From positions 103,473 to 167,472 of the forward strand of contig JADCHX010000004.1 of NCBI GenBank assembly GCA_020248265.1: a stretch of DNA of 64,000 nucleotides. The letters are read 5' to 3'. The notes beneath the pieces are model-generated. The model was not told where the DNA came from, did no database searches, and saw only the letters and a list, made by a program, of their open reading frames with translations. Source of the stretch: Rhodocyclaceae bacterium (GTDB lineage: Bacteria > Pseudomonadota > Gammaproteobacteria > Burkholderiales > CAIKXV01). Made by a program: the position numbers and the translations under genes. Shown here piece by piece: positions 46,108 to 54,261 of this stretch. Positions within the stretch are counted from its first letter, which is position 1, and the number at the start of each line of letters is the position of its first letter.

Positions 46108-46269
46108 TCCCGGCTGTGCGACTACTGCGATCTGATCGCGGGCAACTCCACCGGCGTCATCATTGCCGCCGCGCTTTCGGTCGGCATGAGCGTCGACGAG
46201 ATTCGACGAGATTCGACCTCGGGGACCGGGGTCGCGAGGGGAAATTCATCGCCTGTGAGTGTGTGGTGA
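46108..46269 (+). pseudogene. patatin-like phospholipase remnant
   Basis: A start-less frame reads LCDYCDLIAGNSTGVIIAAALSVGMSVDEI, the patatin nucleophile block with GxSxG as GNSTG. No upstream oxyanion motif or downstream Asp motif. The 10-bp unit GAGATTCGAC is tandemly duplicated at 46198-46217. Confidence 0.5.
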
Positions 46270-46342
46270 ATCCGCAGTTGACCGCTCGGAGCACGGGGAA
46301 GTACAGTGATGTCGTGCGAGAAGCTGTTCGAATAGGATTCAG

Positions 46343-47305
46343 GTGACGCCCGCATTACGCACTCCCGTCGCAGGCGCAATCCTTTGCGCATCGCTGCAAC
46401 TCCCCGCCCACGCGGCGGATGCGTATCCGCAGAAGCCGATACGCATGGTGGTACCGCAGGCGGCCGGAGGAAACACCGATCTCATCGGCCGCATGGTCGG
46501 CGAGCATCTGAATCGCGCGTGGAACGTGCCCGCCATCATCGACAATCGCGGCGGCGCCGGCGGGAACATCGGTAACGAAATCGTGGCGCGGGCTGCGCCC
46601 GACGGGTACACGCTGCTCGTCGCCTCGCCCGCGCTGGTCACCAGCCCGGCGCTTTACTCGAAGTTGAGCTACGACGCGACGAAGGATTTCGCCCCCATCG
46701 GCATCGCGGCGCTCGTGCCGCAGGTGCTGGTCGTCCATCCGTCCGTTCCCGCGAAGAGCGTGAAGGATCTGCTCGAGCTCGCGCGGCAGAAACCGGGCAG
46801 CCTCAACTACGCTGCGCCCGGCGCCGGCAGCGGGCCGCACGTGGCCGGTGCGCTCTTCGTGAGCATGGCAAAGGTCAAGATCGAGCACATCGCTTACAAA
46901 GGCACCGGCCCGGCGATCGCCGACCTCCTTGCCGGTCAGGTGCAGATGCAGTTCGGTGGCCTTCCCGCGCTGATGCCGCACATCAAGTCGGGCAAGATGC
47001 GCGCGCTCGCCATTTCCACCGCCAGGCGTGTGCCGTCACTGCCGGATCTCCCGACGGTCGCGGAGTCGGGGCTGCCGGAGTACGACACGGCGGGCTGGGT
47101 TGGGCTCGCTGCGCCTGCGAACACCCCGCGGACCATCGTTTCGGCGTTGAGCGAGCAGCTCACTCAGTTCAAGCGGACGCCGGAAGTTCGCGAGCGCTTC
47201 GTGGAAATGGGAGCCGAACCCATCGACAGCTCACCCGAGCAGTTCCGCGCCTTCATCCAGAAGGAAGTGCCGCAGTGGAAGAAGGTGCTGAAGCCAATCG
47301 AATGA
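46343..47305 (+). CDS. Bug/TctC-family periplasmic solute receptor
   Basis: 320 aa with a GTG start. AYPQKPIRMVVPQAAGGNTD and IAYKGTGPAIADLLAGQV. Confidence 0.85.
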   Translation: MTPALRTPVAGAILCASLQLPAHAADAYPQKPIRMVVPQAAGGNTDLIGRMVGEHLNRAWNVPAIIDNRGGAGGNIGNEIVARAAPDGYTLLVASPALVTSPALYSKLSYDATKDFAPIGIAALVPQVLVVHPSVPAKSVKDLLELARQKPGSLNYAAPGAGSGPHVAGALFVSMAKVKIEHIAYKGTGPAIADLLAGQVQMQFGGLPALMPHIKSGKMRALAISTARRVPSLPDLPTVAESGLPEYDTAGWVGLAAPANTPRTIVSALSEQLTQFKRTPEVRERFVEMGAEPIDSSPEQFRAFIQKEVPQWKKVLKPIE

Positions 47306-47330
47306 CAGTCCGCATGCAAGGAAGCGAGCC

Positions 47331-48290
47331 ATGTCCCAGATCGTGAACATTTCCCAGCTCCGGAACTTCTATGCGTCGGGGGAGACGCCGGCCGACGCCG
47401 CCCGGGTCGACCTGCGGATGGTGTTCGGCCGCTCGGTCGCACTCGCGGTGGGTGTCTGTGAGCCTGATTACCACCCCGCGCCGCAGATACACGCCTCCGA
47501 GGAGATCACCTACGTCGCATGCGGCGAGCTGTGGGTGTACGTGGACGGCACCGGATACCTTCTGCGCGAAGGCGACGCGATCCGCGTGCCGCGCATGAAG
47601 ATGCACTGGATGTGGAACCGCTCGGGCGCGAACTGCACGTTCTACCAGTCGAATTGCCCGCCCCTCGCCGGCGATCCGGCAGTGCGGCAATCGCGGTCGG
47701 CGTTGTTCGACGAAGGCGAGACGATACCCACCGACTATCCGCGTGTGGTGTGGCTCGCGCGCAAGTACGCGGACGAAGCCGAGCGCAGGAACGAAGCGCC
47801 GGCTGAAGGGCCGCTGGTCGCGCGCGCCGCCGAGCTCAAGACCAGCGTGCATTCGGGTGCCATCGGCGCGGCTGCCTCCGGCAAACTCACGTCGAAGTGT
47901 GTCCACGGGCTGGAGCACAACATGACGATCGCGACGCGCAAGGGTGGCTATCACTCGGTGCCGCACATTCACGACGCCGAGCAGATCCACTATATCGTCA
48001 GGGGCGACATCAAGATCTACACGCCGGAGAACGGTTTCGATTGCCGCGAGGGCGATTTCAACATCGTGCCGCGCAACATGCCGCACTGGGCACACGTCAC
48101 TTCAGAAGACGAGAACATCCTGTTGCAGGTGCACACGCCGGTACTCGGTTCGGCGGCGAATCGCAAGGCGCTCGTCAGCCCCGATGAGTACGTGGGGCCC
48201 ATACCGACCGTCTACAACATGACGCCTTGGGCCGCCGAGGAGATCATGCAGGTCGAGGAGAAGTTCGCCGGCGCGATGCGGCATGCGTGA
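47331..48290 (+). CDS. bicupin protein
   Basis: 319 aa with two cupin-like halves (HASEEITYVACGELWVYVDG and HIHDAEQIHYIVRGDIKIY). Confidence 0.7.
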   Translation: MSQIVNISQLRNFYASGETPADAARVDLRMVFGRSVALAVGVCEPDYHPAPQIHASEEITYVACGELWVYVDGTGYLLREGDAIRVPRMKMHWMWNRSGANCTFYQSNCPPLAGDPAVRQSRSALFDEGETIPTDYPRVVWLARKYADEAERRNEAPAEGPLVARAAELKTSVHSGAIGAAASGKLTSKCVHGLEHNMTIATRKGGYHSVPHIHDAEQIHYIVRGDIKIYTPENGFDCREGDFNIVPRNMPHWAHVTSEDENILLQVHTPVLGSAANRKALVSPDEYVGPIPTVYNMTPWAAEEIMQVEEKFAGAMRHA

Positions 48291-48314
48291 TCCGGCCGCG
48301 CGGCCGCGTTTCTG

Positions 48315-48715
48315 GTGCGATGCACGCCACCGCCTGCGCACGGCAAGCGCGCGCTGCCGGCCGATGAGGTGCTGCCCGAAGTGCTCTGCGTGGTGTACTG
48401 CACGATCTCCGGCCACACGGGTGCGGCCACGCTGATCCAGCGCTTTGTCTCGGCATTGAATCTGAACGTGCACTTTCACATGATCTTCGCCGATGGCGTG
48501 TACGTCACCGAGGTGTCAGGGAGGGTGTCGGCAGGTCGAGCGCACACCGTGCACTGGCGCTGAAGGTGCAGGGCGGGGCGTGCTGCACTCGACGATCAGG
48601 GCACGGGTGATGACGGGCGACGCAGGCGCCATCGAGTGCTGTCGGACCGGGTTGGCCAGCCGATCCAGGGCCGATCGTAGCCTGCAGCGCATCGGCGCGA
48701 GGCGAGCCGGCTTCA
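48315..48715 (+). mobile_element. IS91/ISCR-family transposase gene fragment A1 (dead)
   Basis: Track ORF 48315..48563 contains TGAATLIQRFVSALNLNVHFHMIFADGVYV, the family core (HFH is probably the HUH motif). It is followed by frameshifts and stops. It lacks both the N- and C-terminal regions of the protein. Confidence 0.6.
48591..48702 (+). repeat. 112-nt direct repeat, copy A (partner 60756..60867)
   Basis: Manual ungapped alignment gives 100/112 identical positions. 10 of the 12 differences are transitions. Confidence 0.8.
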
Positions 48716-48783
48716 GGCGGCAGCGCGGTGGGGCTGGCAGGGGGGGGTGAAAGTACTATTCGCTGGTCGGCTACTGGTCTGCA

Positions 48784-49185
48784 TCACTGCAACTCCAGGG
48801 TGTTGTAGTCCTGGCCATAACCGCGGAGGGCAAAGTAGAACCGGGACTTGGAGAAGCGATAGAGGTTTCCGCAATCCCACGGATCGCTATCGACGTTGAT
48901 GCAAAGCCGATCGCCGTCCAACTGCCATCGTCCTGTCTTCCTTACCGGCAGCATTCGCATCGAATAGCGCACCCTTCCGTCCGGACTGAATTCATACCGC
49001 ATCCCGCCGAAGATCGCGTTGTTGAACGTGGCCGGCCTCGACAGCAAGGCCGAGACCTCACCCGCGCTCATCAGCTGGGCTCCGGCAGGAACCGGTTCGG
49101 TCTGCTCGATGGTGGCGCAAGCAGATAACGCCAGCGAGAGCAAGAGCGACAGCATAGCCCCGCGCACACGTCGAACATTCGTCAT
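48784..49185 (-). CDS. small lipoprotein of unknown function (lower-GC)
   Basis: ATG 49185 with AGGAG upstream. MTNVRRVRGAMLSLLLSLALSAC lipobox. 133 aa. Local G+C is 33/60 at 48781-48840. Confidence 0.55.
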   Translation of the reverse strand: MTNVRRVRGAMLSLLLSLALSACATIEQTEPVPAGAQLMSAGEVSALLSRPATFNNAIFGGMRYEFSPDGRVRYSMRMLPVRKTGRWQLDGDRLCINVDSDPWDCGNLYRFSKSRFYFALRGYGQDYNTLELQ

Positions 49186-49532
49186 CGGACATCTCCTGGG
49201 CGGTTCGTCGGCACTCCGCCGCGACCGCTCGGCATAAGACATGCTGGCCCAGGTCGACCAGCGCCGAGTGGCAAGCGACAGGTTCCACGATCGATGCTAG
49301 GCGATGCTAAGCATTCGGGCAAGCAGAAGAAGGCTGGAGTCGCTCTTTATCCCGTCATCCTGCTGTCGACGTCGGACAACCTCGGCCTGGACAGACCATG
49401 CCCAGGCCGGGCGCGACTTCGCGCGCGGCCAGTCGAGGCGCGGGCGCAGCACGGCCAGCACGACGTTGATCAGACACAGCCTCGGGTAGTACACGGCCAT
49501 CGCCGCCTGGCCGCTCACCAGCAAGAGCGCGA

Positions 49533-49694
49533 GACAGTTGGTTGAGCGGGGAGCCGGTACAGGCCGGGTCGCTGGATGAGCTGATCGGCCATTGCATCAT
49601 CTGGCGGATCGCGGTGGCGCGCGCCATGCACCGGGCTAACGACGAAAAGTTGCTGCTGGTGCAGACGGTGGGCTGGCCGAAACCGCCCCGCTGA
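49533..49694 (+). mobile_element. IS91/ISCR-family transposase gene fragment A2 (dead)
   Basis: A start-less frame reads DSWLSGEPVQAGSLDELIGHCIIWRIAVARAMHRANDEKLLLVQTVGWPKPPR, then a stop. Compare the family pattern NSYL..LLGHSITYRIAVGP..GRKVFTLQT. Confidence 0.5.
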
Positions 49695-49762
49695 GCCGCG
49701 GGCGACCCCGGCCGCGGGGGTGGGCCTTGACGAGACCGCCATTCGTGGTAACACTGTTGCTC

Positions 49763-50425
49763 ATGGATGCCGTCCAACCCGCGTTCGACTACCAGCATGC
49801 CCGCGCCGAGGGCGACGCCGTTGCCCGCCGCGGCCTGCTGGAGCTGGCCGCGCGGCTGCTGGCCGAGGAAGGGCCGCAGGCGCTGACGCTGCGCACGCTG
49901 GCGCAGCGGGCCAACTGCTCCACCAAGGTTGTCTACACGCTGTTCGGCGGCAAGAACGGCCTGAGCGAGGGCCTCAAGGTGGAGGGTTTCGCTCAGCTGC
50001 GCTTCGCCGTCGAGCGCGAGCGGCGCCGCCACCGCGATCCCGTGCGCGCGCTGCTGCCCGTGATGCTGACCTACCGCAGCTTCGCTCTGGGCCAGCGCGC
50101 GCTGTTCCGCGTGATGTTCGGCAACGCACTGCCCGAGCACGTGCCCACCGACTACTCGCGGGCGCAGGCGCGGCTGGCCCTGGGCGCCGTGGAGTCGGCG
50201 GTGGCCGAGGCGCGCGGCGCACTCGGCCACGACCCGAGCGACGCCCACGAGGCTGCCGTGCGGCTCTGGGCCGCGGCGCATGGCCCGGTCACGCTCGAAC
50301 TCGAAGGTATCCCCCCCTTCAGCAACGACGGCGGCCGCCTGGCCCGCCTGGCCGTGACTGACGTGCTGGTCGGTCTGCGACTGATGCATCCCCCCTTGTC
50401 CACCCACCCGGAGACGCGCCCGTGA
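49763..50425 (+). CDS. TetR/AcrR-family transcriptional regulator
   Basis: ATG 49763 (track start is TTG 49727). HTH LTLRTLAQRANCSTKVVYTLFGGKNGL. Confidence 0.8.
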   Translation: MDAVQPAFDYQHARAEGDAVARRGLLELAARLLAEEGPQALTLRTLAQRANCSTKVVYTLFGGKNGLSEGLKVEGFAQLRFAVERERRRHRDPVRALLPVMLTYRSFALGQRALFRVMFGNALPEHVPTDYSRAQARLALGAVESAVAEARGALGHDPSDAHEAAVRLWAAAHGPVTLELEGIPPFSNDGGRLARLAVTDVLVGLRLMHPPLSTHPETRP

Positions 50426-50776
50426 ACCTTCGAGACCACACCGCCGCCGCAGCGTCGGCCGCCGCCTTCCGACTCGGCCTGTCCCTCGCGCCGACGCGGG
50501 CCGCCGCCACTCCGGCGCAGGCGCGCGCCTCCCATCTCCGGCGCGCAGGCCACCTGCGTGTTCGATGAGCTCCCGTCCGGCGCCTGTGCGGTGGCCGTGG
50601 TGCACGACGAGAACGGCAACGGCCGTCTCGACAAGAACTCCCTGGGCATCCCCACCGAGGGCTACGGCGTCCCGAACAACCGCACCTTCGCGGCGTCGAG
50701 TCCGAAACGGGACGAGTCGCGCTTCACCGTCGCGGCGCGCGAGTCGGCGGTGCTGCGCGTCAACCTGCGCTACTGA
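50422..50776 (+). pseudogene. DUF2141-like gene, N-terminally disrupted
   Basis: GTG 50558 onward gives the conserved C-terminal half, FDELPSGACAVAVVHDENGNGRLDKNSLGIPTEGYGVPNN. A signal-like stretch starting at GTG 50422 is in a different frame and stops at 50569. The usual N-terminal beta-strands are missing. Confidence 0.45.
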
Positions 50777-50888
50777 CGCGGGCCCGCGCCGCGGCCGTCG
50801 TCAGGGCTTGCACGAGCCCTTTTGTCGGCGCTAATGGAAACGGTGTTTCTATTCTGCAACGACGTTTTCGTTATTTGGGGAACCGACC

Positions 50889-51704
50889 ATGAGCCTTCTC
50901 ACCACGACCCTTATCACCGGCGGCAGCGGCGGCATCGGCCTGGAGATGGCGCGGCTGCTGGCCGCGCGCGGCCAGCGCCTGGTGCTGGCCAGCCGCGACG
51001 CCGACCGGCTGCAGGCCGCCGCCGATGAACTGCACCGCGCGCACGACGCCGAGGTGCACGTACACGCCATCGACCTGGCCGAGCCCGGCGCAGCGCAGCA
51101 CCTGTTCGAACACACGCAGCACCAGGGCCTGCGTATCGACGCGCTGGTGAACAACGCCGGCTTCGGCGTGGTTGACGAGCATGTGGCCATCGCCGTGGCG
51201 CAACTGCAGCGCATGCTGCAGCTGGACGTCGTGGCCGTGGCGGAGCTGTGCCACCGCTACGGCGGCGAGATGAAGCGGCGCAGGGCCGGCCGCATCCTCA
51301 ACGTTGCCTCGACGGCGGGGTTCCAGCCCACGCCGTACTTCGCTGCCTATGGTGCCGCCAAGGCCTTCGTGCTCAACTTCTCCGAGGCGCTGGCCAAGGA
51401 GCTGGAGGACCACGGCGTGAGCGTCGGCTGCCTGGCCCCCGGGCCCACCGACACGGCGTTCTTCGACGGCATCGACCCGCGTCGCATCGCCGGCGGCCAC
51501 CACCTCGGCAAGGCCGGCCGCGCCGACCCGCGCGACGTGGCCGCCGTCGGCGTGGATCTGCTGCTCGGGGGCGGACTCACCCGCGTGGTGGGGCTGACGA
51601 ACCGAGTGATGGTGCTGGGCAACCGCTTCGTGCCGCGGGCGATGGTGGCGGCGGTGTCCAAGCGACTGCTGCAGCCTTTGGATCTGCGCGCCGCGGCGCA
51701 CTGA
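50889..51704 (+). CDS. short-chain dehydrogenase/reductase (SDR)
   Basis: 271 aa. TGGSGGIGLEMARLLA (TGxxxGxG) and YFAAYGAAKAF (YxxxK). Confidence 0.85.
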   Translation: MSLLTTTLITGGSGGIGLEMARLLAARGQRLVLASRDADRLQAAADELHRAHDAEVHVHAIDLAEPGAAQHLFEHTQHQGLRIDALVNNAGFGVVDEHVAIAVAQLQRMLQLDVVAVAELCHRYGGEMKRRRAGRILNVASTAGFQPTPYFAAYGAAKAFVLNFSEALAKELEDHGVSVGCLAPGPTDTAFFDGIDPRRIAGGHHLGKAGRADPRDVAAVGVDLLLGGGLTRVVGLTNRVMVLGNRFVPRAMVAAVSKRLLQPLDLRAAAH

Positions 51705-51752
51705 ACGCAATCCCACCCCCCGAAGCCCACCCCACCAGAACCGGAGGATCCC

Positions 51753-51965
51753 TTGCAGCTTCCGTACAAGCTCCTGCGCAACCTGCATCTGGCGGCGTCG
51801 CCATTCATCGGCGCCTTCGTGTACTCCGGCGCCCTGCGCGCCAACGACACCTTCCTGGCCATCGTGCAGTGGGGCGTGTTCCCGCTGGTGGCCGCCGCTG
51901 GCCTGGCGATGTGGCTGGGCCCGCGCCTGGCTCGCCGCAGCCGCGCCGGCGGGGCGCGTGATTGA
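51753..51965 (+). CDS. small hydrophobic protein (hypothetical)
   Basis: 70 aa, non-ATG start, two hydrophobic segments. Its stop overlaps the TTG start of the next ORF (TTGA). Confidence 0.3.
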   Translation: MQLPYKLLRNLHLAASPFIGAFVYSGALRANDTFLAIVQWGVFPLVAAAGLAMWLGPRLARRSRAGGARD

Positions 51966-53095
51966 CCCGCCGCCCGCGCTACGCGGCGGTGGCCGCGACG
52001 GTTCTCGCCCGGCATACCGCCGCGCTGCTGCGGACGCTGGCGCTGGCGGTTGCGCTGTCCGGCTGCGCGTCGGTCAACCCGTACTACGACCCCGCGCGGC
52101 AGCACCATCGTCCCGACGGTTTCAACAACCTGTTTGTCGACAATCGACGCGCCGACGCGCCCAGCTTCTGGCGCTGGCAATGGGAGCGGCTGCTCGGCGA
52201 GCAGGCACCGGACGAGCTGTACCGCGTGCGCAGCGTGCCGCTGGACGCGCAGCTGTTGCACGGCAATCGTGGTGACGTCACCGTCACCTGGATCGGTCAC
52301 TCCACCGTGCTGTGGCAGATAGGTGGCCTCAACATCCTCACCGACCCGCACTTCGGCGACCGCGCCTCGCCGGTGACCTTCGCTGGGCCGCGGCGCATGG
52401 TGCCCCTGCCCACCACGCTGTCTGCGCTGCCGCGTATCGACGTGGTGCTGCTCAGCCACAACCACTACGACCACCTGGACCGTGGCACCGTGCACGCGCT
52501 GGCGGCGCAGCCCGGCGGGCCACCGCTGTTCGTGGTGCCGCTGGGCGTGGACCTGTGGATGCGCGACGAGGGTATCCCGAACGTGCGCCGCATGGACTGG
52601 TGGGACCGCATCGCGCTGCCCGGGCCGGCCGGCGAGGTGGTGGTGCACTTCGTGCCGGTGCAGCACTGGTCGAGCCGCACGCCCTGGGACCGCCACGCCA
52701 CGCTGTGGGGCGGCTACGTCGTCGAGGGCGCGGCGGGCCAGCTGCCCTACCGGATGCTCTTCGTTGGCGACACCGGCTACTCGCCCGACTTCAGGGTGCT
52801 GGGCGAGCGCTTCGGGGGCTTCGACTTCTCGCTGATCCCGGTGGGTTGCTACGAGCCGCGCTGGTTCCACGCCAGCATGCACGTCAACGAAGACGAGGCC
52901 GTTCGCATCCACCTCGACGTGCGCAGCCGACTGTCGATGGGCATCCACTGGGGCGCCTTCCGGCTGTGTGACGAGCCCGTCCACGCGCCGCTGGACGAGT
53001 TGCCCCGGGCCCGGGCGCGCCACGGCGTGCCCGACGAGGCCTTTGTGCTGTTCAACCCGGGCCAGACCCGCGTGCTCGCCGCGGCCGCACGGTGA
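51962..53095 (+). CDS. MBL-fold metallo-hydrolase lipoprotein (NAPE-PLD-like subfamily)
   Basis: 377 aa. Lipobox LALAVALSGC. WIGHSTVLWQ, VVLLSHNHYDHLD and GIHWGAF. Confidence 0.75.
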   Translation: MTRRPRYAAVAATVLARHTAALLRTLALAVALSGCASVNPYYDPARQHHRPDGFNNLFVDNRRADAPSFWRWQWERLLGEQAPDELYRVRSVPLDAQLLHGNRGDVTVTWIGHSTVLWQIGGLNILTDPHFGDRASPVTFAGPRRMVPLPTTLSALPRIDVVLLSHNHYDHLDRGTVHALAAQPGGPPLFVVPLGVDLWMRDEGIPNVRRMDWWDRIALPGPAGEVVVHFVPVQHWSSRTPWDRHATLWGGYVVEGAAGQLPYRMLFVGDTGYSPDFRVLGERFGGFDFSLIPVGCYEPRWFHASMHVNEDEAVRIHLDVRSRLSMGIHWGAFRLCDEPVHAPLDELPRARARHGVPDEAFVLFNPGQTRVLAAAAR

Positions 53096-53424
53096 GCGCC
53101 GCGGTGACGGAGGTGGTCCTCGCGCTGGCGGCGGCACCAAAGTTGCCTGGCTTTGTTGGGGTCAGCCTGACATCGTCTGGTGGGCGGTGCGTCTATTGGT
53201 GGGGCTGGGGTAGGCCAGGTTGCGTTCAGTGCAAGGCGCGCCTCTTGCACCCGGTAGCGCAGCTGACTGACGGCCAAGCCCTCACGGCCACGCAGGTAGC
53301 TGCTCGGTCGTGCCTCAGTCATCGTGCCGCGGTGGGCCTTGGGGGACGTCCAGTGCGTTCACAGACGAGTTTTCAGATAACCTCATCAGCTAGACTTTGT
53401 CGTAACTGCCTTGCCGGACCCCTC

Positions 53425-54099
53425 ATGAGAACATCAGGAATTCTCGTTATCGCCGCGGCTCTGACTCTCGCCGCGACCCTCTCCGGTTGCGCCGGCAGCC
53501 ATAAAGACAAGGGTCAGCCCATTCCGCAGTCTGGTTTCCTGCCCGACTACAACCTCCTGAGCGAAGTCGGTGGAACGCCGAAAGACGTCAAGCTGTGGCG
53601 TTACCGCGATGCGTCGGTCAACCCGGCGACCTATACCTCGATCATCATCGATCCGATCGATATCAAGCATGTTGCCTACACCAAGGAAATCACGCCCGAA
53701 ATCGTCGCTCAGACCAAGGCAACTTTGCAGGCTGCGATCCACGAAGCGGTTGGCAGTCGGGGCTCGATGAAAATCGTGAGTACCCCTGGGCCTGGCGTCG
53801 CCCGCATCTCGGTTGCCATCACCGGTGCCGAGATCGACCCTGCAGGACTGAAGCTCTACGATTTCACGCCGATTGGACTGGTGGTCAATGCTGCATCGCA
53901 TGCCGGCGGCGTCAACTCGAAGATCCCGGCAATGGTGGTCGAGAGCAAGATCGTGGACAGCATGTCGCGTGCCTTTCTGGGCGGCGGCGTGGTGACCGTG
54001 CAGGGCGATTCTTTCCGAACCGGAAGCGGATCGATCGAATCCTTCCAGAACATGGCAAGGAAGGCGGTTCAGGCAGCGGTGATGACCCCCGCTCAATAA
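53425..54099 (+). CDS. DUF3313-like lipoprotein
   Basis: ATG 53425 inside track ORF 53092..54099. MRTSGILVIAAALTLAATLSGC lipobox, then SGFLPDYNLL. 224 aa. Lower-GC start region (34/60 at 53401-53460). Confidence 0.65.
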   Translation: MRTSGILVIAAALTLAATLSGCAGSHKDKGQPIPQSGFLPDYNLLSEVGGTPKDVKLWRYRDASVNPATYTSIIIDPIDIKHVAYTKEITPEIVAQTKATLQAAIHEAVGSRGSMKIVSTPGPGVARISVAITGAEIDPAGLKLYDFTPIGLVVNAASHAGGVNSKIPAMVVESKIVDSMSRAFLGGGVVTVQGDSFRTGSGSIESFQNMARKAVQAAVMTPAQ

Positions 54100-54261
54100 A
54101 ACCAACGCGGCAAAACCCTGAAGAGCGTCAGCAATCGCCCCATCACGGGGTGTTGGCACCGCGCGGTGGCCTGCCTGCGCTGATTCGCTTCGATTCGCTG
54201 CAGCACGCGCATGCGTGCACGTAAGCCAGCGCTGTCGGCCACCATCAGGGAGGAGGACGTC

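Noticed and set aside
48315-49694. Interpreting IS91 fragments A1 and A2 as a single transposase gene cleanly split by one insertion.
   Set aside because: Both fragments contain a version of the same S-W/Y-L..GAGCCGG..CAGGC block, so they overlap in coverage, and they are diverged from each other. Two copies or a more complex rearrangement fit better. I cannot resolve this without a reference alignment.
49727-49762. Sigma70-like TTGACG-N16-TAACAC, 8 nt upstream of the TetR ATG (possible leaderless transcript).
   Set aside because: This is a single weak match in a GC-rich genome, the -10 is poor, and there is no supporting evidence. It also overlaps the alternative TTG start given by the ORF track.
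53096-53424. Track ORF 52849..53322 (minus strand, MTEARPSSYLRGREGLAVSQLRYRVQEARLAL...) and hairpin GTGCAAG-N8-CTTGCAC at 53229-53250, in a lower-GC spacer. Considered as a possible HTH, transposase or integrase remnant.
   Set aside because: I could not match the peptide convincingly to LysR, LuxR, resolvase or IS HTH patterns, and half of the ORF overlaps the MBL gene. It is left as unexplained spacer DNA and would merit a BLASTX.
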